A DNA stretch of 61,756 nt, filler included, from Choristocarpus tenellus KU-1152 (taxonomy: Eukaryota > Protista > Phaeophyceae): NCBI GenBank assembly GCA_964200185.2. It is 11 parts of 11 records of this genome, joined end to end, with 100 filler letters (N's around TTAATTAATTAA, not from the genome) between each part and the next. Parts side by side here need not be neighbours in the genome. Positions count along the whole stretch, not along the records: positions 6,750 to 13,705 come from CAXNAD020006976.1; positions 13,806 to 16,491 come from CAXNAD020025659.1; positions 16,592 to 22,060 come from CAXNAD020010681.1; positions 22,161 to 27,628 come from CAXNAD020010690.1; 7 more parts are not named here. The stretch is one strand, 5' to 3'. Made by a program: the position numbers and the translations under genes. Under the pieces are notes generated by a model. The model searched no databases. It had not been told where the DNA came from and saw only the letters and a list, made by a program, of their open reading frames with translations. Positions 10,051-22,578 of the stretch are shown here, one piece after another (position 1 is the stretch's first letter; each line of letters opens with the position of its first letter).

Positions 10051-11331
10051 TCAGTACACCCCAAGAACTACCTCCTTTCCCGTATCCTCCAAGAAGGCTA
10101 TTCCTTTGGCGACCAAGGATCCCTCTACACGAACTATCCCCAGTCGATCCTCTTGCTTCTTGGGCACCTCCTTGAAGTCGTTATCGCCCAAGTGGTTCAG
10201 CACAGTCATGTACCGTGTAAAGAGGTTCTGCCCGACCCGCCCATGGGTTTCAGCATCATACTCTTGGTATGTCTTCAACACGTTTTTCACAAGATCGTCG
10301 ATGTTGTCCGAGCGAATCCAACCTTCCCTGGTCTGCAGTGAGCGGAAGAATCCGAGATCTAGAGCGTTGAAATCTGGTGACTGGGCAGGTTGTTTAACCA
10401 CACATATCGAATAGCCTCCTGCAGAAGCCCAAGCGTCCACTGTTTTGTCGAGAGATGTTGAATGCGGCCTTGCTTGGTCATCCTGAAGAAAAATCTTGTC
10501 AAGCTCTAACAGACATGAATGAGATACAATAGCTGGCAGGACCTTCTCCTCGATCATTTCCTCGTAGAGATCACCGATCATATCGGCAGTCTTGATCTCC
10601 ATCATATCTCCAGGTCGATGATAGGAGGATTGTCCACGCGCAGCCCCGTTTGTCAGTGACCTAATGCCAATCTTTCCGTCCCACGGACTTCCATCCTCCA
10701 AAACACGGGGGCGTGCGTTCACAGCCAGAAACATCACTTTTGGAATGTGCGACTTACTTGTGACTCGAGGTCACTGTATTGGTGCTTCCCCAGGGATAAG
10801 GTAAACTCCAACACTGTCGGAAACTAGGTCAAACCAACTCTCATGTAGATGGACCCGATTGAACATGGGGTCAAGCACGTGTTCCGTGCCATTTTTTAGG
10901 ATGCTGCTCATAATAAACGCAACTCTATCAATCTTTTGTTTATCAGAGAGGGAGATTTTTGATACCTTTTGGTTTGGTCTCACCCCCGTCTCCAAAATAT
11001 ATCTCCTGATCTTCCCTTTGGTGACATTTGCCATCCCAGCCCATTTCCTCTCACTGGTCCGTTCCAGCACAGGGACTCCTTCAATCGCATCTATATCGAC
11101 TTGAGGGAGTTGCCTTGGCCGTCCCTTGCGACGAGAGGCTAGGCCCATCTCCAGTCCATCATGGAGGGGCTGTGATGCCAACCTCATCAAACGATCCAAT
11201 GTGGTTGGGGGCATTCCGTACTTGAGCGCAATTTGTGCGCGGGCACCTCGTCGACCCTCCTTACGGAGTCGATCGTAGTCTCCAACGGCAGCTTCCCGCT
11301 TGTGAGGGGGGATGTCCTTTGCCTTTCCCAT
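10051..11331 (-). pseudogene. Tc1/mariner superfamily transposase, DD39D (plant-mariner) type; one in-frame TGA at 10771-10773
   Basis: HTH-like N-terminus; HLHESWF (first Asp position is His), KVMFLAVNARPR, WDGKIGI, QDD...QPAQSPDFNALDLGFF with exactly 39 residues between the 2nd and 3rd Asp. The two ORFs are in frame. Candidate TIR TA|TTCCCTCTGGTCC at 9904. Confidence 0.9.
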
Positions 11332-11848
11332 CGTGCCCAGTTTGGTATGTGTTGGTGTTACTTGTGTTGATCATTCGAAATCCTGGTGTTTTGAAGGTGA
11401 TGGAGGAAATGATGAAGTGATAATGAAATTTGTATATCGGACGTTTTGTGATCGTATTTGAATTCTATAATTCTAGACCCATACATACACCCTTTTAGCA
11501 TTTAATAGTCCCTATATATTTACGAAATGGTAGATAGTACTTACTTACTCTACATAACAATAATCACAGTGGTAGGGTTTTGCTATTTAAATATATAGTA
11601 ATCATACTACATCACCTCCAGTGGAGAAAGTGCCATATTTTCAAAACGCCTTCCATACACCGTTGACCAATGATCGTTTGCCGGACGGCTCACCCCCCAA
11701 ATTCTTTCTCGCCACACTAAAAAAAGCGAGCACAGGCAAGGCTTGTTCTGCTCTGAAGTTGGGTTTGCTTTCTCCTGTGAAGTTCCAGACACCTCGTAAC
11801 TATCCTTCTCGCTGTTGGATCGCCCTTAATCGCAAGCAAGATCCAGCA

Positions 11849-12168
11849 ATGCCCGCCGAACATCGGCGATCCAGCGCTCCACTGCGCAACAGCTTAAACA
11901 AGGTAGTTTCTGCCTTGCCATTGTCCTATCTCTCTTTGCGATGGGGCTGCCTGCTGGTCCTGGCAAGCCTATGTATCATTGTTGCAGGGAGCAAGGACCA
12001 CTACGATGTTCTTGGCTTAGGGAGAGGGGCGAGTGCATCCGAGATTAAGAAAGCCTACCGACAGCTATCCCTCAAGTACCACCCCGACAAGAATCCTAGC
12101 GCCGATGCCGCTACTAAGTTTGCAGAGGTCGCTACAGCATACGAGATTCTTTCCGATGAAGAGAAGAG
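11849..12168 (+). CDS. DnaJ/Hsp40 protein with N-terminal hydrophobic signal (ER-type J protein), first exon only
   Basis: [16 protein letters not shown] followed by DHYDVLGL...[17 protein letters not shown]...[11 protein letters not shown]; GT donor at 12169. Confidence 0.9.
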
Positions 12169-13853
12169 GTGAGGTTACTGGGGGGGACAAGGGCCGTAAG
12201 TCCGTACTCAAACTAGGTTCAGCAATTGCAAGTCGTTTTGGATCAAGGGTTTGGGAAACGTACTATCTCTCCGCAGGTGTTAGGCATCGTCTACTCTCGA
12301 TGGCCCTTGACCCTTGCTACTTGCCTATCACCTCTTGTGGAAGTACCTCGTCAAAAATCTTACATGCTGGGCATGCACGCTCAGTCGTCGGGAGCGTTAT
12401 CCTTACCCCACTCACTCTCAAGGGGGCGACCTGTCTGAAAATATGCGGTCAATGTCAGGCACGACCTACTGTAAAATTTTTCTTGTCCAGCAACCATCCG
12501 CCGATGTTAGTGCCAGCAGCACAATTCCTCTATCCAATGTCATGCATGGAAACTTCGAAAGGGGTTGCATGGATCGGTGACACGCATGTCAGGCCACTCG
12601 TTGATGAGGAAAACAACCAGGCATCCAATACTAAAACACAATTGGATTATCTTAGACCTTTGAGTTTCAAGCAGGGCACGTCGACTCCCCGGACAGCTAC
12701 GCCTTAGAGCAGTAATAGCTAATAGTGTAGCCATCGAATCTAGCGGGTTTTGATCTTACTTTTTTTCATTTTAACTCGCATATCCTATCGATCCCTGAAG
12801 CTCTTCCTTACGGTGACATGCTCCTAAATCGTAGGTTGATACTGATGTTTGGAGTTCCCTTTCTTCTTTATACAAAACAAGATTTTCGAAGTACGCCTCT
12901 CATACTTCACTCTTCCTAGTATCTCATTCACACTCCCATGTTTTGTTTGACCTCGTAAAGACAACATGCGTGCACCTACGAACATGCTATGGATCAGGCG
13001 TGTCCTCCTCTCGTCTCCTATCTTGTCACCTGATGTACGCGGTCATTCCTGAGCACCTCCACCTTCAGCCCCGTTTTGAAACAAAACGTCGTTGATGCAA
13101 CACTCACACACACAGTATCAGTATTACACCATTCCAACACCCCAAGGATGAGAACTCAGGGGTGGTACTTTTGTTTTTTTTTCCTGAAGTTTTTCTATTT
13201 CTTACCCTCTTTTGAACCATGTATGGCAAAATTTGGAATATCGCCCGACGTCACGACTGCTGTCCTGTAAATTGGTGTCTTCATACCTTGAAAACGGACT
13301 CATTCAACTCACCACCAAGAAGAGGTGTCATGTGAAATTTGTGTGTGTGTTACACAACAAGAACCGCGCGCACGCCTTCAAAGTCTGTCAACCCCAGGTA
13401 CTTGTTCCTTCCTCGGCTGCTTTTGTCGGCATTCCTGGCCTCCATGAGGCCTTACTCGAGACCAACATTTGTTAGAGGCGCTACTTTTTGTATTTTATTT
13501 TTTGTATTGCGGTTTGGAGGTGCCAGTCGATGGTCCCTTTACCACTGTTCGTTGTGTGAGAGTGGAGTTGGAGTTTGATCTCAGGTAGATTTTGTATTGA
13601 ACATATCGGGGGGGGAGGGGGGGGGGGGGGGGGCGAGTCCAGAGTACTGGTTGAATTTCTCGTTTTCGTTTCTTTCCCCCTTTTTTTTTTGTGTTGTTTT
13701 TTTTTNNNNNNNNNNNNNNNNNNNNNNNNNNNNNNNNNNNNNNNNNNNNTTAATTAATTAANNNNNNNNNNNNNNNNNNNNNNNNNNNNNNNNNNNNNNN
13801 NNNNNAAAAAAAAAACTAAAACAAAAAAAAAAAGAAAAAAAAGAGAGGACAGA

Positions 13854-13893
<40 letters not shown>

Positions 13894-14870
13894 GCAATGA
13901 CGCTGTCGCCTGCGCAAGTCTCTATCGACCATTTCAGTAGACCGACCAACACAGGCCATTTTTTGGCAATCATTTCAATGTCACTATCAAAAACGTACAA
14001 GAGCGATCCACCAAATCAACCTTAACTGCAGGAGAGACAATCACACTGTTATTGCTGTCAAAAACACACCAACGCCTGCCAAGGAAAAATTCACTACACA
14101 AAAAAAACAGTCAGGTGCACAGCACCTTAAATAATAATAATATGTCCTGCCAGGGTTTTTTTTTGTGCACTGAAGTGATGCCTCACAGTACTACTCAAAT
14201 GTTAATTCCGAGGCAGGAACCCCCATCACTCATGAGAGTACACAGTGAATAAAATAAAAGAATATATATATATATATATATTCTCACAAAAAGGGGGCTC
14301 TAATTGAAGACGCATTCCATCAAGCATCCTAAGAACAGAACAGTAGTGGTAGTGGAGGTGCACACATCTAAGGCCCTCAAATCAGTTAGCTTTGGTTTGT
14401 GCGAGGACAGTAACAAATCCTAGATTTTTTTTTTTACTTTGTAAGTATGTTTTTTGAGAACAGAAATCAAAACACGCACATGGTGAGGGGCGGTAGAAAA
14501 AGGCCGTTTCCAATGGCACCAATAAAATATTTCGGAGGGACCCCGAAACAGTTCCGATGACACCCCAGCTTTGTATCAGAATAGTAATAGCAGTGTGCTA
14601 CACTGTAGTTGTGCCCTTGATAAATACAGAAAAAAAATAATCACAAAATTTAAGGGAAGGTGAACGTTTCCAATCGCTGCCTGATTATTTATTGTTGGTG
14701 GCATCACACAGCATAGCCATACCACACAGTCCGACATCGCGGCCATTGAGGGTTGATAACCGACTACTAGCATTCACAGAAGAAGGGTGGCCTTGTATAA
14801 CAACACAACCCTTTCTTGGTGAAAACTGTGTAAGAGAGTTGTAAGAGAGTTGGAGATGAATCTTTCGTAC

Positions 14871-16385
14871 CAGAGGAGGACCACATTCACCAGGAGGCCC
14901 AAGAATGCGATGCCTGACATCATCTTTCCATCCACATCAGCACCGTCTCCACATGAGAGGTCTGTGACAAAAATGACCACACACACACACACACACACAA
15001 ACACACACAAGAGTGACAAAAGTGTATTGATCGTCACGTTAGAGGACACCGTGTGGTGCATGCCAGACAGAGAAGAACCGTGTGCTTCCTTCCCTAGCAC
15101 TTCGGCACTATCGCTGATTCTTCTATAAAACAAAAACAAAAAATGTTAAAAAAAAATGAACATATATCTTTCAGATCTCAAATCCCTTCTCTTGCACACC
15201 ACGACTGCGTCAAAGAATCTCCACCAAGAATTGCAGCGACATGCATTGACAGGGGAGGGTGGGGGGGGAAGGCTGCACCAGGGTAGGAGGGGGAGGTTAT
15301 ACTCCTGTCAGAACTTGGTATTGTTACAGAGGTTAGAAAGATGATTCGGAAGGTGTCTTCACAGCTTTGATTGTCCTATCACCGTCTGATAGTAAGCGCT
15401 TCGCCTTGCATGGTATTCTCCTATTGTTAATTCTGTAGGGTTAGGGTAGTGTGTGACAGTATGGCACTATTGTAGTCCACTCTTCTCTTCTTTATTTAAC
15501 ACTTGGTACACACACTATCTCTTGCAAATGATCTCTAAAGTCGGCGACTCAAGACGAACAACTGATCTACATGTGTGAAAAAATCATGAAGAGAGGCTTG
15601 AAGGGAGAAACGAGAAGGGAACCGGGGGAAGGGGGAGGGGGGAGGAAGGAAGAACAAAAGCAGGACAAGAAACCCAACCAAGAAGAGAAATAGTTGGACA
15701 GATTTGCGTTGGCTGGACCTAGATCCTTCTCCTGCTGCCACTAAATAGCAATGCCGTGTGACAATACCTCTCCAATGTGCATACCATGAGTGTGGGTCTT
15801 GTCTCCATAAAAGAACCCCACCCAATGTACTACAAAATCCCTGCTCGTCCTTTTCAACACCTTACCGTGAAGACCCTTGCACCACCTCGATGATAGAGGA
15901 CTAACACTACCTACAGTTACTACCTACAGTTCTGCCGTTAGGGTTAGGGTTAGATCACTCAACGATAAAAAAATAAACAACCCAAAGTCCAAACCCCAGT
16001 TTGCAAGCACTGACAGTGTATCCCATTCACCCAACCCATAACTATTCCAGCAATGAAAAGCAAACAAATCAACGATGGTTTACCAGCATTGCATGCATCT
16101 CATCCAATCACACACTCCAACCCACATCCTTTTTGCCCTTCCTAATCCATCCAATACACTACAGCGTATCACCAAACCTACCCACCCCATCCTCCCCAGG
16201 CCTGACAAATACTCCTTACCAATAATCCTCATCACAGCTTCGTATAGCAACCCCAAGCTGAGGACTAGGATGAGGGCGGTGCTAAACAGAGCACTCAGCA
16301 CTTCTGCCCTCACCGGCCCATACGTGAGACTGTTGCTTGCTGGCTGTGTCGCAATTTCATTGGCAACAATGGCTAAGATGAAGCT
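14871..16385 (-). CDS. Cation diffusion facilitator (ZnT/MTP-like zinc transporter), two internal exons 16385-16220 and 14961-14871
   Basis: SFILAIVANEIATQPASNSLTYGPVRAEVLSALFSTALILVLSLGLLYEAVMRII joined in phase 1 to DLSCGDGADVDGKMMSGIAFLGLLVNVVLL; matches CDF TM2-TM4 motifs (TYG..RAE..AL, YEA..R, VDG..M..A.LGL.VN). Confidence 0.85.
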
Positions 16386-16679
16386 CTTGTTAGCCGATCA
16401 CCACCATTCACCAAGAAAAGAATTCGGGGGAGGGTGGGGGGGGATGGGAGGGTAAGACTGGGTGGGTAGTTGTGTGTGTATAATCAGGCAGNNNNNNNNN
16501 NNNNNNNNNNNNNNNNNNNNNNNNNNNNNNNNNNNTTAATTAATTAANNNNNNNNNNNNNNNNNNNNNNNNNNNNNNNNNNNNNNNNNNNNAGGGTTGGG
16601 AGATGCAATCGGGAGTTGGGATTTACGTATTGTGGAGAGGAGTCATTAGCACGAACCACTCCGAGGGTCTTCTTCGCAC

Positions 16680-17294
16680 CTGTCATCATCGTCAAGAGGG
16701 ACGCATCGCTCGTCGGCAAAGAAAATCTTCCACTTCTTCCATTCTATATCACGAATCTCTGATAGTCCAGCAAGAATCTGCAGAGGAAGGGACATACGGA
16801 AGAGTTACAGATACTGATGGGAAAGATACCTGGCTGCATGGTGGATGTCGAGTGTCTACACCTCAGAGTATCGGAAGACATCATTCCACCTGATGCTGCA
16901 TGACAGCTCTTACGGTATCACTCAATAAGTATCCTGCAATAGGCATCTAGCAGTTTCCACTGCAACACCAGCGCCTTCATAACGGGGCTGACCTTAGGCA
17001 TGGAACCCCCCGAGACTGCAACATTGAAAGCCCCCCTCTCCTCTATTGCTTGCCGCGCAATATCGACCACACGCTGCACGATCAAAGTACGGTCGGGAAG
17101 CGCCCAAGGAGGGGGAAGGATTCAGGAAGGAATCGAACAGGACAAAGCGCTAGTTACCATCGACAGTCAATCAATCAAACCTGTGAGTATTTCACCGAGT
17201 TTTCACAACCAGGCACGATCAGATCACCCACCTTCACTACTACAGTAGCAAGAACATTCTTGTCTTTACCCACTATAAGCGATGTTGTTGCCAT
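16680..17294 (-). CDS. PGLS: 6-phosphogluconolactonase, exons 1-3 (17294-17232, 17073-16993, 16777-16680); remainder beyond contig end
   Basis: Spliced product MATTSLIVGKDKNVLATVVVK/RVVDIARQAIEERGAFNVAVSGGSMPK/ILAGLSEIRDIEWKKWKIFFADERCVPLDDDD carries the SGGS and FADERCVP signatures; GT-AG introns in phase. Confidence 0.92.
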
Positions 17295-17607
17295 GTTTGG
17301 ATAGTTTAGGCTGACCTCTGCAGTTTTCTCTCAACTTCTCGGACCATTGTTGCGGATAACTTCCCTACAATACAACGTTTTGAAATTTTTAATTTTGTGG
17401 CATTCCTTTTGATTTTTCCTGGGGAAGGGGTGTTGATGTTCTTTATTTATTGTGGATGGTTGACAGATATATATCTACAAATACTATGTATATATTTTTA
17501 TCATATACCAAACTGTAATGTAAAAGGGCATAATAATAAAAATATAGAAATGAGAGGAAGGTGTGTTGTCAGGTAATGGAAGGAGATGGAGATATCAAGT
17601 GGAAAAA

Positions 17608-18960
17608 CTAGGATGCGGTGTGTGCACCAAGGTTGTCTGTTTTGTGTGATCCAATTGGTGGTGGTAGTGCATGTTGCACGGGAGGCGGGAGATTGATGGG
17701 GGGGGCAGAGCGGAGGGAATGGGTGGTCAAAGAAGGGGCCAAGATCTTACTCTGGATGGTTGTATTATGGTGGATGGTGGATGGTGGGGCGAGTGGGGCG
17801 CCATTGGTGTGAGGTGAGTGACGTGGAAGTTCAGGTCTTGTACATTTGGTGAAAATAGGGAAATGGGATGGAAGTTGCTGCATTTAGATGAGCATTGAAC
17901 TCACTGGGCAGGAGACGGTGTAGCTGGAGAGTAAGGGCTATATATGTGTGGTTGAAGAGAGTGGTGGATGGTAGTGTATCTTCGGTTGACAACAATTCCA
18001 GTGGAAACCCATTAATGTTGTCCTTGGAAAAGAAGTACCCTGGGATGCCCAATGTCCAGCAGAGTAGAATGCAGGTCTGGAGGTGTCACTGGATTTGTTC
18101 GCCAGCCTCTCTCTCCAATAGGAGACTCTAATCCACGACCGCCACAACACTCACTCCCAAAATTACCGGAGTCCTCCCCCATACGGATGTCCCCAATCGA
18201 GTTGCCAGTACACTCTTCTACCTGCGACATTCCCCTGACCTGGGCTGTGCCTTTGCCCTCCACCTCCATTTCCGCCCTCAAAGCCCCATCCCATACATAA
18301 CCTGCTGTACCCTAGACTCACCCGAATTTTTATATCCTGGTATAGAGAGCAGCGTTGGACCCCAATCTCTCCTCCACTTCATTCACACCCAATGTTTGTG
18401 CCCCTTCCACAATCCTTCCCTTTCCCTTGTTTCCGTCCAGAGGCCTTACCCCCGCAGCCCCCCCACTTCACTCTGCCCTTGGCTGACCAGGGTGTCCAGA
18501 GACACTCCCTCATAAATATTACGGTAACCTCCCTTGTCGTTGCTCGCTCCGCCACACCTGTATGCCCAGCCTCTGTGAGGATGAAAATAACCCTTTTGCT
18601 TGCCCTTCCTGTGGCACACACACACCCATTCGCTCTCCGATTTAGCGCATATACACAGCCCTTACCGACCAGCGTCCCCTCTCCAATGACCTCATCGCCC
18701 TTCTCAATGCAGCCACTGCCGCCCTAGCTAACCTGTTTTAACCGAACTTCCCCGTCCACCCTAAGCCAAAACCCCCAAGCCACCCCCTACCCACCCATGA
18801 ATCACAATTCTGATCTAGAATAAGACCTTACCCCTTTGTTTGACCACCCATGCCCTGAATCCTGCCCCTCTCACAGCTTCCCTACTTCCTGGGCAACATG
18901 CCCCATCAACACCAATTGGATCATACAAAATGGTGGAGCCCACACAGTGTCCTAGCTCCA
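17608..18960. mobile_element. Two diverged, oppositely oriented remnants of one repeat family, probably a non-LTR retrotransposon
   Basis: 17640-17756 is a reverse-complement homolog of about 18813-18930; EFLYPG at about 18324 resembles the LINE RT 'FKYLG' motif. Confidence 0.4.
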
Positions 18961-21900
18961 TGTTCCTCATTTTTAGATGCAGTGGACCTCCCACGTTACA
19001 CTTTTCTTTCAATTCTATGCCTACGGGATGGGAGGACCATGTTTTCGAGCGGATAATGGATTGATCAGATTTTCTCCCACTGGGGGTTCACACCAGAGCG
19101 GACTGCATACACACGCTCACAAGACCAAGATTACCTTCTAGGCACATGACTGATGTGACAGATATTTGTGCGTGGGCAGTGTATTCCTACATTTCTTGCT
19201 GGTAGTCCCTTCTCGCCGTCCCCTCTTTCCCTACCCACTTCCCTCTACCATGCCTCCATCAGGGGGATAGTTTCAGGTCGTTCCATCCACTCCCACATGT
19301 CCAAAACTCCTAACCTTCCCATTGCTTAGACACTTTGAGTGTGCCACCAAATGCAGGGAAGAACAAAGGGATAAGGGAGAATCAGCTCTTGGAAACGAGG
19401 GTGGGGTCAGTGGGGACCAAAACAACAGGAACCTTGTATGCATGAGGAGTGGAGGGGACAGGGCGCCAGGGACCTGAGTGATTCCAAGACCACCTACCTG
19501 ATGACACTGTCGACTTTCTTTGTGGCTCAGTCGTTAAGATGGCAGCTACCTGCACGAATTTTGTGGGTTTTAATGCCTTTGAAGTCAGATCTCCTTCAAC
19601 AAAGATCTGGTTCTGGTGGTCCTATTCCACATGGCAAGCACAATGGATTGTACACCTGTACTATCCTTTCTATGGCTATACCACAAGAATGCTGGGGACA
19701 TTTTGCGGCAGGTTCAGCAACAGATTAAAGGGAGGAGGCAGAGCGACAATCGGAGGGAGTGCTGAACCTAACACGTGAGAATTAAAGGCAAGAAATAGAG
19801 GCAGTACAATAAGTTGTAGTGCAACAGTTCAGTTAGTAATTTATACGGCAAGTACGCCAATGTATAGTTTATCTGACCTCGGGTTGGGATAATCCTGCAA
19901 CTAATGTGAAGCAAATAATACTATTAAATGATAGTAACAGTCATGATTGCCGTGGAGTGTTGATACCCCGAATGTTGCAGGCACACTTGATCAAGTCCAG
20001 ATGGAGATCCTCCAGTGAATTAACAAAACCACGATGAAGAAACTGCTTGGTGGACTGCACTACACATGCCATTGCCATCATGCATATAGTGGACCCAATT
20101 TATGAGGGGACTGGATTGTAGGTGGAGAACAGGACACTCACCTGAGGGTGTTGAGAGCTTGTTAACGCATCTCATATGTGGCCTCTTACGGTAAACAGTA
20201 AACAAGAACAGGAACAGGAACAGCCTACAGCACTGGGTCAGCAATGTAGAGAAATCTCAAAGGGATCTAGTGTTATCGATTTACAGGAGGAAGTATTCTG
20301 TAGGCATATGGACATAACTTTTGAAGTCCTTCTCAAATTGGAAAAGGAGTGAAATCTGAGCTCTAGGGGCATCGGGTGGTGTGAGCAGAAATTGAATTAG
20401 GGTTAGGGGTAACACGGGATTAAGCTATTACAGGTGTTTTGATATTGTTGGAATGGGGTGGAAGTCACCTATTGTTGGGGTATTTCAATATTTTACATGA
20501 GGAAGGTACTGGCAGACAGTGCATGCTAAGACGCTTCTGTGGGTGTAGGTGGTTCATGGAGGGATGAAGCACTTGAGAAATATTTTATTTTCTGTTGAAA
20601 AAAACGCAAGTATTTGAAAGGTGTTTGGTGTATATTGCAGAAAAGCCAAAACAGCACATTTGGTTTTCTGAGCTCATGGCAGACTAATAGTATCCATGCA
20701 TGTTACTCTTTGTGGCCTTCCAGGTCTTGTTTTTCATTTATGTTGGGTAACTTCAGAATTGAATCATCAGTTTGTTTTGTACTTGTGCAGGCTCCATAGT
20801 TCATTACATCTCTCTATGGGCTGCCTATAAAAAATCTGCCCCTTTGTCCACATCCACCTCCTGCTGTTGTTTGTCACTCTCTTTGATGTCCTCAATCTCT
20901 ACATTCAGCAGGAGTCATCCTCTGTCCTGGGGGGGGAGCAATGAGTTCTCCCTCATCCACCCTCTTAATCCTCCTTAGTTGTGGTCAGCTTCAACTCCTT
21001 TTTTGCACTTGTAATAGCTTACCTCAAAGGTAGCAAATAAACGATCTTCTTCTTCCCCCTTTCCGCATTCGACTTCTTGCCACTTCTTCTCCCACCTTGG
21101 GCTTCCCCAAGATATGCACTGCCTCAAGTTCTCAGAGCCCCAATTGCGATACCCTTTTGTGGAATCAGTTGTGTCTCCTGATTGAATTTCTCTTTTGTAA
21201 TGTGTAAATCTGATTCCGTGGGTTGCTGTGCATATTTTGATCTATGACATGGAAGAAATCTGTTGCTTCATTGGATGTTAGCAGGTTGAGATTATTCCCA
21301 ACGTGATCAGTCAATCCCCCCCCTAAACCTCTCAACTTGTAGGCACCACAGTGCTACTGCTGGGACTCCCCCGAAGACCAAACGTATGCTTGTGGAAAGC
21401 CAAGATCCTGATCTTTCCAATGCTTCACTCAGTGTTGATGAATTGAGAGGGCGAGTTTGTGTCTCACCATCATCCACCCTTTTTCATAGTGCGCAGAAGC
21501 ACATTCTGATGCCTGAGTGTTTGCATGATCTTGACCAGGAAACATCAGAGTGAGGCAGATTCTCAGAACTGCCTAACAATAAAAAACATAGTTAATGTAA
21601 CATCACACTCTTTTCAGTGTCCTTTTCCCGTCGTGCCTCCCCCCTTCTTGCAGCAATGTGTACATAGTGGAACCTACCTATCGTCACGAATTTATGGGTG
21701 ACGTTTTGTAGGTAAATCATTTTCCATTGTGATAGGGAAGGAATAAGGTGCACGAGCAAACTACTGAGCACAATTCGAGGTCTATTTTTATTATTCTGAT
21801 GACTCACAACAAAAAAGACCAACTAAGGTCCAGCTCTAGTACAACAGACACTATAAAACTACTCTCATTGTCTTGTATTTACAGTATAACAAAATGATGT

Positions 21901-22161
21901 CAGTCACGCCACTTCCTTGTCCTCCTCATGGGAACGTACTATTACAAGATCTCATGTGGATACACGATCGTAGACTGGTGATGGGGGTCAAAGTGTCTGG
22001 GGGGGGGATGATGGTTTGTGAGGGGGCGTCCGTTTCGGTCAAACAACTCTTTTTTTTGCTNNNNNNNNNNNNNNNNNNNNNNNNNNNNNNNNNNNNNNNN
22101 NNNNTTAATTAATTAANNNNNNNNNNNNNNNNNNNNNNNNNNNNNNNNNNNNNNNNNNNNA

Positions 22162-22578
22162 CCCCCCCAAGCAGTCCCAGACACAAAACAAGGAGCATTC
22201 ACAATAGTACACCATCAACCAACGTGGCACTGCATTAGAAGTATCACACAGGGCAGGCACAGGTTGCTTAGTCAGAGATGAAGCCATGGCAGCATCGAGG
22301 GTGGGTTTACATTGTGTACCCCACAAAGCTTTTGCTTCCCCTTTGCAGTACATCAGCAAAGATTCTTGCCAAAAGTATATCATGTGCTGGGTTCACACCC
22401 CTGGTGCAACCATGGCCAGATCTCTGAACAAAGCAGACACAACTGCCCTGTATTCAACCATGTTTGCTTACTTGCCTCTTAAGAAGTGATCTAACACACA
22501 AAAAGGGTTAGACTTTCCACATCCCCCCAGGCAGTCCCAGAAACAAAACAAGGAGCATTCACAATAGTACACCATCAA
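22162..22578. repeat. About 57-bp direct repeat pair (22162-22218 and 22523-22578)
   Basis: GCAGTCCCAGA(C/A)ACAAAACAAGGAGCATTCACAATAGTACACCATCAA occurs twice, about 360 bp apart. Confidence 0.85.

Noticed and set aside
10771-10773. Programmed readthrough or selenocysteine at the transposase TGA
   Set aside because: More simply a CGA>TGA decay mutation; the first catalytic Asp is also lost and no SECIS was recognised.
12033-12707. 224-aa ORF overlapping DnaJ, and most other 60-190 aa ORFs in the track
   Set aside because: Alternative-frame, antisense or intronic ORFs with no recognisable motifs.
13608-13892. Long poly-G/poly-C and poly-T/A runs (also about 31450, 34930, 38180, 42143) as G-quadruplex elements or poly-Pro/Gly ORFs
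   Set aside because: All lie at contig ends, where low-quality homopolymer sequence is expected.
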